A DNA stretch of 64,000 nucleotides from contig CBDCOX010000002.1 in assembly GCA_965219995.1 (NCBI GenBank), positions 2,720,001 through 2,784,000 on the forward strand. The letters are read 5' to 3'. Shown in pieces: positions 17,760 to 27,744 of the stretch. This DNA comes from Candidatus Latescibacterota bacterium. Its GTDB lineage: Bacteria; Latescibacterota; UBA2968; GCA-2709665. The stretch's first letter is position 1. The number at the start of each line of letters is the position of its first letter. A program made the position numbers and the translations under genes. Under the pieces are notes generated by a model. The model ran no database searches. It was not told the DNA's origin and saw nothing but the letters and a program-made list of their open reading frames with translations.

Positions 17760-18728
17760 ATGAAGACATTCGAGATCGACGGACGGGACAAGCGGGGACC
17801 CATCCGGCTGAGGATAACGGTCGACAACCAGTTCGAAGGCGGGGGTCGCTGGCTTCGGGGCGGCCTGCATTCGCACGTGGCGCAGATGGGAGAGTCCCGT
17901 GAAGTTTGCGAGCACTACAGGAACCTGGGGTTCGATTTTCTTGCGACGACGGACTACCTCAGCATCACGCCGATGCCAGAGTCGTCTCCCGCTTTCACGC
18001 CCGTGCCCGGGGCGGAGATGTTCTGCCCCGAAGGGGACGATCTGACCCATATTATCTGCCTGGGCCTCCGGCATCTGCCCCGGCCGCTGGACGGGACGAT
18101 GGAAGACGTATCCCGCCTGGTTCGGGACACCGAGGCGCAGGGCGGCCTGGCGGTGATCGCCCACCCCGCCTGGAGCGACTATTCCTGGGAGAAAGCGTAT
18201 GCCCTGGCGAGGTCAGGGATCGTCGGGCTGGAGGTGAGCAACCGGCTGACGTGGCAGATCAACGGCAAGGAGCGTTCGGAGGAACTCTGGCAGATGCTCT
18301 TCAACGCGGGGGTCCGCCTGGCCGCGATCGGCGTTGACGATGCAATTGTGCTGGAGGACGCGGACGTGACGGGACAGACCTGGACCGGGGTACTCGTGCG
18401 GCGACCAGGCGTGGAAGGAATTCTCGAGGGCATTCGCGCGCAACGGACGTACGCCAGCGAGGGGCCGGAAATTCGCGACTTCCGCATCGAAACGGGGGGC
18501 ACGGTCGTCGTGGAATGCAGCCCGTGCACGGCGTGTCACCTCCGGTCCAAGGGGTTCGGAGTCCGCAGCATACAGTCGGCGACGCCTTCGACGCGGTTCG
18601 AGGTCGACCTGACCGTGGAAGGTTACCGCATGCGGGACTGGGTGTTCGCGTGTGTAGAGGACGAAACCGGGCGCCGGGCCTGGACCAGCGCCATACCCGT
18701 CCGCGTTGAGAAGACAACCCTTTATTGA
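17760..18728 (+). CDS. PHP-domain (CehA/McbA-like) metallohydrolase
   Basis: WLRGGLHSH, GFDFLATTD, AHPAWS and GLEVSN motifs. Confidence 0.8.
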   Translation: MKTFEIDGRDKRGPIRLRITVDNQFEGGGRWLRGGLHSHVAQMGESREVCEHYRNLGFDFLATTDYLSITPMPESSPAFTPVPGAEMFCPEGDDLTHIICLGLRHLPRPLDGTMEDVSRLVRDTEAQGGLAVIAHPAWSDYSWEKAYALARSGIVGLEVSNRLTWQINGKERSEELWQMLFNAGVRLAAIGVDDAIVLEDADVTGQTWTGVLVRRPGVEGILEGIRAQRTYASEGPEIRDFRIETGGTVVVECSPCTACHLRSKGFGVRSIQSATPSTRFEVDLTVEGYRMRDWVFACVEDETGRRAWTSAIPVRVEKTTLY

Positions 18729-18741
18729 CGGAAAGGGAGAG

Positions 18742-20757
18742 ATGAAACGGACCATTCGACGGACGGCCATGCTGCACTTCGAGAACGCAAGTTATTCCCG
18801 GGACTACGTCAAGTGGGTCAGTGGGGAGGGGTTTACGGACATCGGACTGGGGCTGAAGCCTGAAGACGACAAGATGACAGGGCAGGGATACGTCTGGGAA
18901 AAGGTCTGCCGGCTGGCTGAGTGGGCCGAGGAATTCGATCTGGGCGTCATCGTGTTTACAGGATACATGAAATATCGTGAGACGTTTCTGCGGACTCACC
19001 CGGAACGCAGCCTGGTGTGCGTCGGGGGACGCGGCGCGGCCCTGGACAGCGACAACATTGTCAGGACCCGGTGGCTCTGTCCCTTCCAGCCTGAAAACAA
19101 GGCGGAATACATGGATATGATTCACAAGGTAATCGGGCTGCCGTCGGTTCGGGAAGTTCATCTCAACGATGAGGCCGAGATCGGGTTCTCGAACGGAGAC
19201 GTGGGCTGCTACTGCGACCACTGTGTCGCGGAATACGAACGCGATACCGGCGAACCGCCGCCCCGGGAGGTCGATTGGGCGTCCCCGGCGTGGTGGCGGT
19301 GGGTGCAGCACCGGATGGAAGCCTGGACCGGGGTACACGCGTACTTTCGCGCGGAAATCAAAGAGGTGCGCCCCGACGTCGTGGTGGGCATCCAGCATTC
19401 GCCGAAGGTCGTGACCTTTAACGAAAATCCCTGGCTGTCCGGCATCGATCTGTCCCGCGACGCGGAGGCCATGGACGTCCTGTGTACCGACCCGTACCAC
19501 CACATCCACTATTCCCATTTCACCTATCGTCCGATGCGCCGCATTCAGGCCGAGGCGACGCGCGCCCTGGCCGGAGCGACCGTCGGGCGTTCCCTGTTCA
19601 TCTATCCCCAGGGATTCATGCCGCCGTCGGGGAGCCTGGAATTGACGCGCCGGGACGGTTTCATGGCCGGGTCCGTCCCCTTTGCGCTGGGCGCGGATAA
19701 TATCTCGCCCTATACGTTCGAACTGTGTCAGATCATCCCAGGCTATTACGAAGGGCTGCAAGAGGCAAAGCGGCTGGTCCCGTATTTCGAGAAGACCCGG
19801 CCCTGCAGCGCCGCCACGCTGATCAAGCCTTCCCAGACGGAAATCTACGGGTACCCCGACCGGCGCTGGGGTCGCGATACCCTGGCCATATGGCCGGACG
19901 TGATGAACCAGGTCGGGCTGCCCTGGCGATGGGTCTTCGACGGTCGGCTTGCAGACGCCGGATGCGCGTTGAGCGGTCCGGTGATTCTGCCGGAGACCCA
20001 CTGCCTGACGCGGGAACAGCGCGCCGTGCTGGACGCGCACGCGAAGGGCGGCAACGGGCTGCTCCGGGTGGGGCGGACACCGGCCGGGGACTGGTCCGGC
20101 GAAGGCGCGTTGCCGCCGCCGTCCGGCGCGGAGGCGGGGCTTTCGGAGTTGAAGCCGGTCGTCTCCGATCACCCGCTGCTCGAGGGTATCGATGCGCCCA
20201 TCATGCTGGGATCGGCATTCCTGGAACCGGGCCTGGAAGGCGAGACGATTGCCGAAGTGGACGGGCGATCCGCTCTCATAGCGGTCGAGTCCGACGGGCA
20301 GCGTGAGGTCTGGCTGGCGGGAACGCCCCTTTATAATTACGTGGAACCCGGTGATCACGGAGCCGTTAAGACGCCCACGGGCGGGATGGCGCTGCTTCGG
20401 AACACGCTGTCCTGGCTGTCCGCGGAAGAGCCCGCGGCCAGGCTGTGGCCGTATCCTCCAAAAAACGATTACGGAGAGCTGCGTCCCTGGGACCGCCGGG
20501 ACGTGCCGACGATGGAACTGTTTCCGAGTCTGGGAGACGGGTGTCTCGTCTGTCTGGTTTTCAACTATCTCGGCCTGGCGTACGAAACCAACCTGGTGAT
20601 GCGTGTGCCCGGAGGCGCCGCCGCGACGACGCTGACGGATATTTTTTCCGGCGAGGACCTGATGTCCTGCGCGACGGTAGACGGACAGGTCGTAACGCTG
20701 CCGGTGTCCATGCCCGGGGACCGGGACTACCTGGCGGTGGAGCTGCAATGGGAATAA
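18742..20757 (+). CDS. GH42-like TIM-barrel protein with Zn-cluster motif and GATase-like domain (paralog 1)
   Basis: WLCPF, HLNDE...GCYCDHC and TDPYH motifs; highly similar to 44932-46947. Confidence 0.65.
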   Translation: MKRTIRRTAMLHFENASYSRDYVKWVSGEGFTDIGLGLKPEDDKMTGQGYVWEKVCRLAEWAEEFDLGVIVFTGYMKYRETFLRTHPERSLVCVGGRGAALDSDNIVRTRWLCPFQPENKAEYMDMIHKVIGLPSVREVHLNDEAEIGFSNGDVGCYCDHCVAEYERDTGEPPPREVDWASPAWWRWVQHRMEAWTGVHAYFRAEIKEVRPDVVVGIQHSPKVVTFNENPWLSGIDLSRDAEAMDVLCTDPYHHIHYSHFTYRPMRRIQAEATRALAGATVGRSLFIYPQGFMPPSGSLELTRRDGFMAGSVPFALGADNISPYTFELCQIIPGYYEGLQEAKRLVPYFEKTRPCSAATLIKPSQTEIYGYPDRRWGRDTLAIWPDVMNQVGLPWRWVFDGRLADAGCALSGPVILPETHCLTREQRAVLDAHAKGGNGLLRVGRTPAGDWSGEGALPPPSGAEAGLSELKPVVSDHPLLEGIDAPIMLGSAFLEPGLEGETIAEVDGRSALIAVESDGQREVWLAGTPLYNYVEPGDHGAVKTPTGGMALLRNTLSWLSAEEPAARLWPYPPKNDYGELRPWDRRDVPTMELFPSLGDGCLVCLVFNYLGLAYETNLVMRVPGGAAATTLTDIFSGEDLMSCATVDGQVVTLPVSMPGDRDYLAVELQWE

Positions 20758-20790
20758 CGTGACGAGAAACGAGCATATTGAGAGGCGGTG

Positions 20791-20930
20791 AGACGTAAGA
20801 GGGTAGACGGTAGATGAAGACTTTTGCAGCAGTGTTTCTACATAAACCGTGCCTGCTAATTTACCGTTATCGTAACGACTGGAAAAACTATAGGGCACTG
20901 GTATCATCTCCCGTCTCCCGTCTAACGTCT
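20791..20930. repeat. Inverted repeat built of 7-mer units (AGACGGN) around an 88-nt spacer
   Basis: 20791-20816 agacgta-agagggt-agacggt-agatg versus the reverse complement of 20905-20930 agacgtt-agacggg-agacggg-agatg (22/26). Confidence 0.65.
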
Positions 20931-20984
20931 ACCCGACTCTTGAAGGAGACTTAAAGTTTCTCCCCCAAAATCAAGGAGGGATCG

Positions 20985-21830
20985 ATGTCCGAACGAGCCG
21001 ACGCGCATATTCACCTGTTCGAGGGAGGATACCAGGATTCCTTGATGAAGCGATTTGGCAGGCCCGTCGACGAAGCCGTTGTGTACGCCTCGCTGGCGAA
21101 AGACCACGGGGTAAAGGCCGCTCTGATCGTCGGGTACGCGGACGTTCCGTGGGCCCTGGAAAACACCCGGTATCTGACACAAATGGTGAAACAATACGAA
21201 TGGGTCCATCCCGCGGCCTATTTCGATGCGTCGGAGCCCCCGACGACGGAGGAATTGACGCGATTGCAGGCAGACGGATTCGTAGGTGTGAGCTTCTATA
21301 TATTCGGACAGGAACGCGTGGACGCGCTCCTGGGCATATCGGACGAGGTCTGGAATTGGCTGGTATCGAAGCGCTGGCTCATTAGCGTCAATTCAAAGGA
21401 CGACGACTGGAACGCCTGGCAGGAGGTCCTCACGCGCCATCCGGAGTTGCGCCTCGTCGTCTCCCACCTGGGCCTGCCCCCGAGACAGGCGGAAGCGCCC
21501 GACGCCGCCGGTGCGAGAGAGGCCCTGGCCAGCGTGTTGGCACTGTCCCGCTATCCCCAGTCGCGGGTCAAGCTGAGCGGCTTCTACGCGCTGACCGATC
21601 CGGGCCACGACTATCCGCACCGCGCGGCCTGGCCCTACGTGGAGGCGCTGCTGGATGCCTATGGAGTCGAACGTCTGCTCTGGGCGTCGGACTATTCACC
21701 CTGCCTCGACTGGCTGACGTTCCCGCAGACGTACGACCTGTTTTCAAAAATGCCTTTCCTGAACGACGCGGACCGGGAACGGATCGAGGGCGCCAATCTT
21801 CTGGCATTGCTGGACGAGGTCGAAAGGTGA
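20985..21830 (+). CDS. Amidohydrolase_2 family protein
   Basis: DAHIH, SHLGLP, VKLSG and RLLWASDYSP motifs. Confidence 0.85.
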   Translation: MSERADAHIHLFEGGYQDSLMKRFGRPVDEAVVYASLAKDHGVKAALIVGYADVPWALENTRYLTQMVKQYEWVHPAAYFDASEPPTTEELTRLQADGFVGVSFYIFGQERVDALLGISDEVWNWLVSKRWLISVNSKDDDWNAWQEVLTRHPELRLVVSHLGLPPRQAEAPDAAGAREALASVLALSRYPQSRVKLSGFYALTDPGHDYPHRAAWPYVEALLDAYGVERLLWASDYSPCLDWLTFPQTYDLFSKMPFLNDADRERIEGANLLALLDEVER

Positions 21831-21903
21831 CGCGGGTGTCGACACGGGAAGAATCACGGCGGGACCGTTGCCGGACCGCGCGACCCGCCTGGGAGGAATT
21901 GTG

Positions 21904-22896
21904 ATGGAAAAACTGGGCGTCGGGATCGTGGGGATCGGACACGCGGGACGGGAACATTTCAAGGCGTTTGACGAGAATCCCCATGCCGAGGTGCGCGCGG
22001 CCTGGGCGCCCAGCGTTCGCAGGCTGGACCTCTTTCCGGGCGCCATGGACCTGTTTGCCCCGACCTTCGAGTCGATGCTGGAACGTGGCGATATCGACAT
22101 CGTTTCCCTGTGCAGCCCCAACTACGCGCACGCGGATCAGGCGGTTGCCGCGCTGGACGCAGACAAGCACGTGATCTGCGAGAAACCGCTGGCGACCACC
22201 CTGGAAGACTGCGAGCGGATCGTGCGGACGGCCGACGCGAAACCTTCGTTGAAATTCATGGTCGGGCAGAGCGCGCGGTTCAATCCCATCTGCAAGACAA
22301 TCAAGCGCATGTACGACGAAGGAGAACTGGGAGAAGCCTTCTACGCCGAGGCGGACTACCTGCACAACATCGGGAAACGGATCAAGGACTGGTGGATCGA
22401 CGACCGGAATCCGCACTTCGGACTGATGGGCGGCGGCGTCCATCCCATCGATCTCCTGCGGTGGATCGTGGGCGATATCGAGGAGGTGTTCGCGATTTCG
22501 AACCATAAGGTGCTCGCGGAATTCCCCCACGACGATGCCTACCTGATGAATTTCAGGTTCGAGAACGGTTGCATGGGCAAGATGGCCGCGTTTCTCGGAT
22601 GCCAGCGTCCGTACGAACTGAACCTTGCCATTTACGGAACCAGGGGAACGGCCATCAACGACAGGCTGTATCTCAGCAAGATCGAAGAGTTGGAGGATTT
22701 TATCCGGCTGCCGATCACGATTCTTGCGGAACACCCCACGTTCGCCGAGGAAATGGCGCATTTCGTGGATTGCATCCTGAACGATAAAACACCCATGATC
22801 GACGTGCGGGATGGCGCGAAATCCGCTGCCACGTGCATCGCGGGCGCGGCCTCCATCGAAACCGGCAAACCCGTCCACGTAAGGAATAGGTTTTAA
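21904..22896 (+). CDS. Gfo/Idh/MocA family oxidoreductase
   Basis: GIVGIGHAG, KHVICEKPLA and GVHPIDL motifs. Confidence 0.92.
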   Translation: MEKLGVGIVGIGHAGREHFKAFDENPHAEVRAAWAPSVRRLDLFPGAMDLFAPTFESMLERGDIDIVSLCSPNYAHADQAVAALDADKHVICEKPLATTLEDCERIVRTADAKPSLKFMVGQSARFNPICKTIKRMYDEGELGEAFYAEADYLHNIGKRIKDWWIDDRNPHFGLMGGGVHPIDLLRWIVGDIEEVFAISNHKVLAEFPHDDAYLMNFRFENGCMGKMAAFLGCQRPYELNLAIYGTRGTAINDRLYLSKIEELEDFIRLPITILAEHPTFAEEMAHFVDCILNDKTPMIDVRDGAKSAATCIAGAASIETGKPVHVRNRF

Positions 22897-24449
22897 CCTC
22901 AATGCGAAAATAATGTTGATGAAATTCGGAGCATTGAAGACCAGGCGAAAACACGAATAAGTCTATATTTATCAATAGGAAAAGGCCTTCCATTTTGGTA
23001 TATTGGGAAGCGACGAAACCCCCAATTCACCCAAAACGAAAGGCCACGTACAGTGAGACGAAAGAAAGCGGATTTGCACGCGCGTGTCAACGACGATTTG
23101 AAGATGGAATTCACGGGTGAAGGCCTCACCTCGTATGCGGGTTTGGAGTTGTTGATGCGCTATTTGCGAACCATCGATTGGAACAGGCAATTGCGCCGTC
23201 ACCTGGGCAGTGCGTGCTTTGGCGGCGACTTCGGTGTGGTGAGCCTTTCCCGTGTTCTGTTGGGTTTGCTGTGGATAGGCGGCCGTCGGTTGCGGCATCT
23301 GGATTTCTTGAAAGGAGATCCCCTGCTGCAGCGGTTCTGCGGTCTGAAGGATCTACCGACCCCCCGCAGCATGAGCCTGTTTCTGAGACGGTTTACCGAC
23401 AAGGGTCTCGACGCCCTGAAAGCCCTCAACGCCGCCGTGGTTGCTCATAAGATCAAGTTGTTGCGCGCACGAAAATTGACGATCGACGTGGACGGCACCG
23501 TCTTGTGCACGGGCAAACGCGTCGGCGGCGCCCACCGCGGGTATAATCCGCATCATCGCAAAGTCCCCAGTTACTATCCGATTACCGCCTACCTGGCCGA
23601 CAGCGGTCATTTTCTCCGCGCGCACAACCGGCCCGGCAACATCAACGATGGCAGCGCCTCCATCGGGTTTCTAAAAGATGTGTTCTCTCAGATCAAAGAA
23701 AGCCTGGGGCACGCCTACACCCTGCGATTCCGCATGGATGGCGACTTTTTCAAAGAGGATGTGGTGAACACGCTTATCAAGAACAAGGCCTCGTATGCCA
23801 TCAAGGTGCCCTTCTGGAAAGGCCTGGACTTACAGCACAAAATCCGTCAATGCAGCAACTGGCAGCGCATCGAGAAAGGCGTCGACGGCTTTCCGTCAAC
23901 GCTGACGGTCAAAAAATGGGAACGCACCCTCAACATCGCCATCTTTCGAAAACGCGTCTTCCATAAAACCCGCAAGAACTACCAGTTGGACCTGTTCGAT
24001 CCCGATGACGGCACCTTCGAATACTCCGCGGTGGCCACCAATCTACCCTTCAAGTTGCGCGCGCTCTGGCGCTTCATGGCAGGACGCGGCATGCACGAAA
24101 AAGCCATCGGCGAACTCAAGACCGGTCTCAGCTTCGATACCATCCCCACACACAATTACGACGCCAATAGTGCCTGGCAACAGTTCGTCATTCTCGCGCA
24201 CAACCTCCTGGTCAACTTCCAAATTGAAACCGGACTGACAAAACGCAATCGCACCTTGAAAAATACCAACCGATGGCCCCTCAAATCCATACGCACCCTC
24301 CGGTTCGAGATCATCAACCGCGCCGGACACCTTATCCGACCCGAAGGGCGGCTTACCCTGCGTCTCCAACGCAACAAGCACACCGAAAAACAATACCGCA
24401 AAATCTGCAACGCACTACAGAATGCAGCCTGATTTATTTCACATTGAGG
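22897..24449 (+). mobile_element. IS1380-family insertion sequence (1553 bp) with TTAA target duplication
   Basis: Left end cctcaatgcgaaaataa, right end ttatttcacattgagg (reverse complement cctcaatgtgaaataa); TTAA at 22893-22896 and 24450-24453; lower GC than the flanks. Confidence 0.92.
23053..24432 (+). CDS. IS1380-family DDE transposase (DDE_Tnp_1_4)
   Basis: LTSYAGL, TIDVDGT, YNPH..KVPSYYP, RPGN, RMDGDF and RG.HEKAIGELK motifs. Confidence 0.93.
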   Translation: MRRKKADLHARVNDDLKMEFTGEGLTSYAGLELLMRYLRTIDWNRQLRRHLGSACFGGDFGVVSLSRVLLGLLWIGGRRLRHLDFLKGDPLLQRFCGLKDLPTPRSMSLFLRRFTDKGLDALKALNAAVVAHKIKLLRARKLTIDVDGTVLCTGKRVGGAHRGYNPHHRKVPSYYPITAYLADSGHFLRAHNRPGNINDGSASIGFLKDVFSQIKESLGHAYTLRFRMDGDFFKEDVVNTLIKNKASYAIKVPFWKGLDLQHKIRQCSNWQRIEKGVDGFPSTLTVKKWERTLNIAIFRKRVFHKTRKNYQLDLFDPDDGTFEYSAVATNLPFKLRALWRFMAGRGMHEKAIGELKTGLSFDTIPTHNYDANSAWQQFVILAHNLLVNFQIETGLTKRNRTLKNTNRWPLKSIRTLRFEIINRAGHLIRPEGRLTLRLQRNKHTEKQYRKICNALQNAA

Positions 24450-24658
24450 TTAAATTCACTGCATCTATCGTGAATTATACACGAAAACCCCTGGTTTTGG
24501 TGTATAACGGGTTGTTTTTCAATAAATTCAGCGAAGTATTGTGCGACAGCACTTCATGAATTTCGAAATTGATTGGTCAGGGTGATGATTCGTAGCCCAC
24601 GGAGGCAAGGATCCATTGGTTTGGCCCGGAATCGTGAGCATTTATCCCGCTCCTGGTC

Positions 24659-24689
24659 TTTATCCTGTTCATCCTGTCCATCCATGTAA
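24659..24689 (+). repeat. 9-bp-period ATCCTGTNN repeat, copy 1
   Basis: tttatcctgttcatcctgtccatccatgtaa; near-identical copies at 34351 and 47165. Confidence 0.85.
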
Positions 24690-24716
24690 CTTCATGTCTA
24701 TTGAATTATTCAGGCG

Positions 24717-25526
24717 ATGGAGAATCCGATGAAGCTATCCCTGTCCGGCAGGCTGATTGAAATGACGAAACAGTCCTACGCGATGACGGTGGAAGAATTC
24801 CTGCAGCTGACGGTCAGGGCTGGTTATCAGGGAGTGCACCTGCGGGACGGGCAGATCGATCATCTCATGCGGGAAGAACGCTTCGACGAGTTGGAAGCAC
24901 TCTATACGGACCACGGGCTGGGCTGCAGCATGCTCTGGGGACGGCTTGATTCCGCATCGTTCGACGCGGATCTGACAAAGAAGAAGCTGGCCTTTCTGCC
25001 GAGGGTCGGCCTGGATCAGCTGATGATCGGGTATCCCACGGATATCGAATTGATCCGTGAATGGTGCGACCTGGCCGCGCGGCAGGAAATCTCGCTGGTC
25101 ATCGCCTGTCATTTCAACAGCATGTTCGAGGATATCCTGCGCGCCCGCGACTTCATCAGGCGGGTCGACCGCCCGAACCTCGGGCTCAACGTGGATCCGT
25201 TGAATATCCACATGGCCGAGCAGGACTACGGCCTGGCCACCCTGGAACAGGTGAAGAACCTGTTGCGCATCGTCAACGTACAGGGCGGTGTGCTGCACCA
25301 GGGCGACCAGACCATCCACAGGTACTATAGAAAGACCACGCCGACGTTCCGCAGAGTGTACCTGTACGAAGAGGACCATCTCGACATACCTCAATTCGTA
25401 TCGAATCTGAAAACCATCGGATATGAAGGTTACGTGAACGTCCTCGAGCCGTATTCGAAGGACCATGACCTTGCGCGAGTCGCGGCCGACACGGCCGGTC
25501 TTCTGCAAGCATACATCGACGGTTGA
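24717..25526 (+). CDS. Sugar phosphate isomerase/epimerase (xylose isomerase-like TIM barrel)
   Basis: AGYQGVHL, VDRPNLGLNVDPLN and LKTIGYEGYVNVLE motifs. Confidence 0.8.
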   Translation: MENPMKLSLSGRLIEMTKQSYAMTVEEFLQLTVRAGYQGVHLRDGQIDHLMREERFDELEALYTDHGLGCSMLWGRLDSASFDADLTKKKLAFLPRVGLDQLMIGYPTDIELIREWCDLAARQEISLVIACHFNSMFEDILRARDFIRRVDRPNLGLNVDPLNIHMAEQDYGLATLEQVKNLLRIVNVQGGVLHQGDQTIHRYYRKTTPTFRRVYLYEEDHLDIPQFVSNLKTIGYEGYVNVLEPYSKDHDLARVAADTAGLLQAYIDG

Positions 25527-25896
25527 CGATTTGCGGTGCCAACCGGCCTTCGTCAATGAAGCATACTGCGACGCGAACTGTCCGACGCGCAGACACGAAA
25601 AAGCACTTGAACTTTCAACAGTTCGTGACAGGACCACAACAATTCCGTAACGCCAATTTACTTTACTTTAACTTGCACGGACGTCCCGCAGAAAACTGGG
25701 GGCAATTGGAAAAAGGACTGTTCCCGTACCGGCGATGCAGGAAGCCCCAGCGGCTTGTCGCTTCATATCCCGGCAAGTCGCCAATCGACTCCTGATTCCT
25801 GTATACGAATCGGGTTGGCACGCTCCGTAGATTTTCTTGCAAACCTGGCTGAAAAACACTTGACAAAGCTAATATGGAATATTAATTGCTACCATT

Positions 25897-26703
25897 ATGA
25901 TAGAAATGCGCCGAGACGTGAACACGGACCAGTTGAAACCGGTCTCCAGGGAACGGCTGGCAGACCAGGTCGTCACCATTCTCAAACGGTTCATTTTTGT
26001 TGAAAAGTTGAAGAGTGGCGACAAACTGCCGCCCGAACGGACACTGGCGGCAAATCTCGGTGTCAGCTACCGGGTGATCCGCGAGGCGCTTTCGGCACTT
26101 GTGGTTGAAGGCATCGTAGTCAGGCAGCAGGGGCGCGGCACCTTTGTCAGATCTACCATCGGCGAGAGTCCGGCAAACGGCCATCTGGATTTTTTCCCAT
26201 CTGTTCCAAACCGCGCCGACATTTATGCGCTGCGAGTTTCAATAGAGACGGCGGCCGTTGCATTCGCGGCTGAAAATGCCACGGATGAAGATCTGGCGGA
26301 ATTGAAAGCGATTGCCGACTTCAAAGAGCGTGACTTCGACCAGGGGATGATGGCGTACGAAATCCGCTTTCATCGCGCCCTGTTGCGGGCAACGCATAAC
26401 CCGACGCTGCAGCGATTCGCGGATATCGTTACCGAGGCGTTGCGTCTCAAGGCGTACGATATAGATATCCCCATTTTCGGCGAACGCCTCCGGAATCGAG
26501 ACTTCGGGAGGATTGCGATCTCCGAACATCGGAACCTGGTCGACGCTTTATGCGAACGGGACGGCGCGAAGGCAACCGCAATTATGTACAAGCAGATGGC
26601 CAGCGTCCGCGCCTTGACGCGGGGTCTTGCGGGTAGTGACGACGGAAGCAAACATGTCTATAACGGGGCGCCATCGCGTTCACACGACTACGTTGCGCGT
26701 TGA
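25897..26703 (+). CDS. GntR/FadR family transcriptional regulator
   Basis: LKSGDKLPPERTLA..LGVSYRVIREAL..L...G..VRQQGRGTFV winged helix plus FCD domain (FHRALLRATHNP, EH..L.DAL..RD). Start may be a few codons later. Confidence 0.92.
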   Translation: MIEMRRDVNTDQLKPVSRERLADQVVTILKRFIFVEKLKSGDKLPPERTLAANLGVSYRVIREALSALVVEGIVVRQQGRGTFVRSTIGESPANGHLDFFPSVPNRADIYALRVSIETAAVAFAAENATDEDLAELKAIADFKERDFDQGMMAYEIRFHRALLRATHNPTLQRFADIVTEALRLKAYDIDIPIFGERLRNRDFGRIAISEHRNLVDALCERDGAKATAIMYKQMASVRALTRGLAGSDDGSKHVYNGAPSRSHDYVAR

Positions 26704-26949
26704 GTGATATACGGGACCAGAAAAATTACATCCGCCTGCCCTGACTGTATTTTTTCCTGTCAGGCAGTCCTGGATAATCGTGAATGCGGTTCTGATCGAT
26801 ATTTCCCGATTTACCTCTTACTCCACCAATTACGCATACACGACGGACAAAGGAGGTGATGGTTCGACAGGATTCCCATTATGTTTGTCATGAGGCACCG
26901 GGGTGTCCGGATGTCGCACCAGGCATCGGAATTATCAAGGAGGTTGTAT

Positions 26950-27666
26950 ATGCGTAACGGCATATTGGTATGTACGGCAGCGGCGTTGCTGCTGCTTTCG
27001 GCGGGAACGGTCTACGGGGGCGGTGTAGCCGGCAGTTGGGGGCTCGGCACGTTCCTGGACTACAACCGGTCGATCTTCAAGCTGAAGGACTGGTACGAAA
27101 CCGGCCGGGGCCAGGCCGGCGTGGTATTCACCTACGTGATGAGTCCGCGCACGAGCGTGGAGATGGAATTTCACCGGTCGATATTCGAGAACGGAGCACT
27201 GGAAGACCAGGCGTTTACCTGGCCCATAGACGGCAGGGACTATAAGTCGCCGGACGCGGTGAGCGAGATGCGCATCAGCAGCTTTCTGGTGAACGCGGTG
27301 GTCAGACAGGGAGGCGGAGGCATCCTGGCCAAGGAGAAGTATTCCACCTACGTGACCGTCGGCGCGGGCTTCTACGACTACACGACCGACGTAAGCGGCC
27401 TGATCTTTCCGGGTCAGCGAGAGGCCCCTCTTGACAAGGAGCTTGTCATAGAGCCGTTCAGCGATACGCGCACGGCGCTGGGCGCCAACGTGGGCGTTGG
27501 CGTGGAAGCGTTCGTTTTCGACAACATTTCGCTGGATGTGCGGGCGCGGTACAATCTTCTGCTCGGCGAGCTGAGGCCGATGGAGGCATGGGGCCTCGAA
27601 GGCCAGACCTTTCCGATGCAGTTCCTGAACGCGCGCGGCGGCATCCGCTTCTACTTCAAGAAATAG
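26950..27666 (+). CDS. Outer-membrane beta-barrel protein (8-strand OmpA/OMP_b-brl-like)
   Basis: RBS aggagg, signal peptide, YVTVGAG, GANVGVGVE..V...ISLDVRARY and terminal GIRFYF. Confidence 0.75.
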   Translation: MRNGILVCTAAALLLLSAGTVYGGGVAGSWGLGTFLDYNRSIFKLKDWYETGRGQAGVVFTYVMSPRTSVEMEFHRSIFENGALEDQAFTWPIDGRDYKSPDAVSEMRISSFLVNAVVRQGGGGILAKEKYSTYVTVGAGFYDYTTDVSGLIFPGQREAPLDKELVIEPFSDTRTALGANVGVGVEAFVFDNISLDVRARYNLLLGELRPMEAWGLEGQTFPMQFLNARGGIRFYFKK

Positions 27667-27744
27667 CCATACAGGCGTTTAGCCCGTTGGATCTCAGTTG
27701 GAGTATCGCGCAAGAGATTAGAAATGCTGGGTAAAGGAGGAACC

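Noticed and set aside
25860-25890. sigma70 promoter for the GntR gene
   Set aside because: TTGACA is present but there is no convincing -10 box at 16-18 nt spacing.
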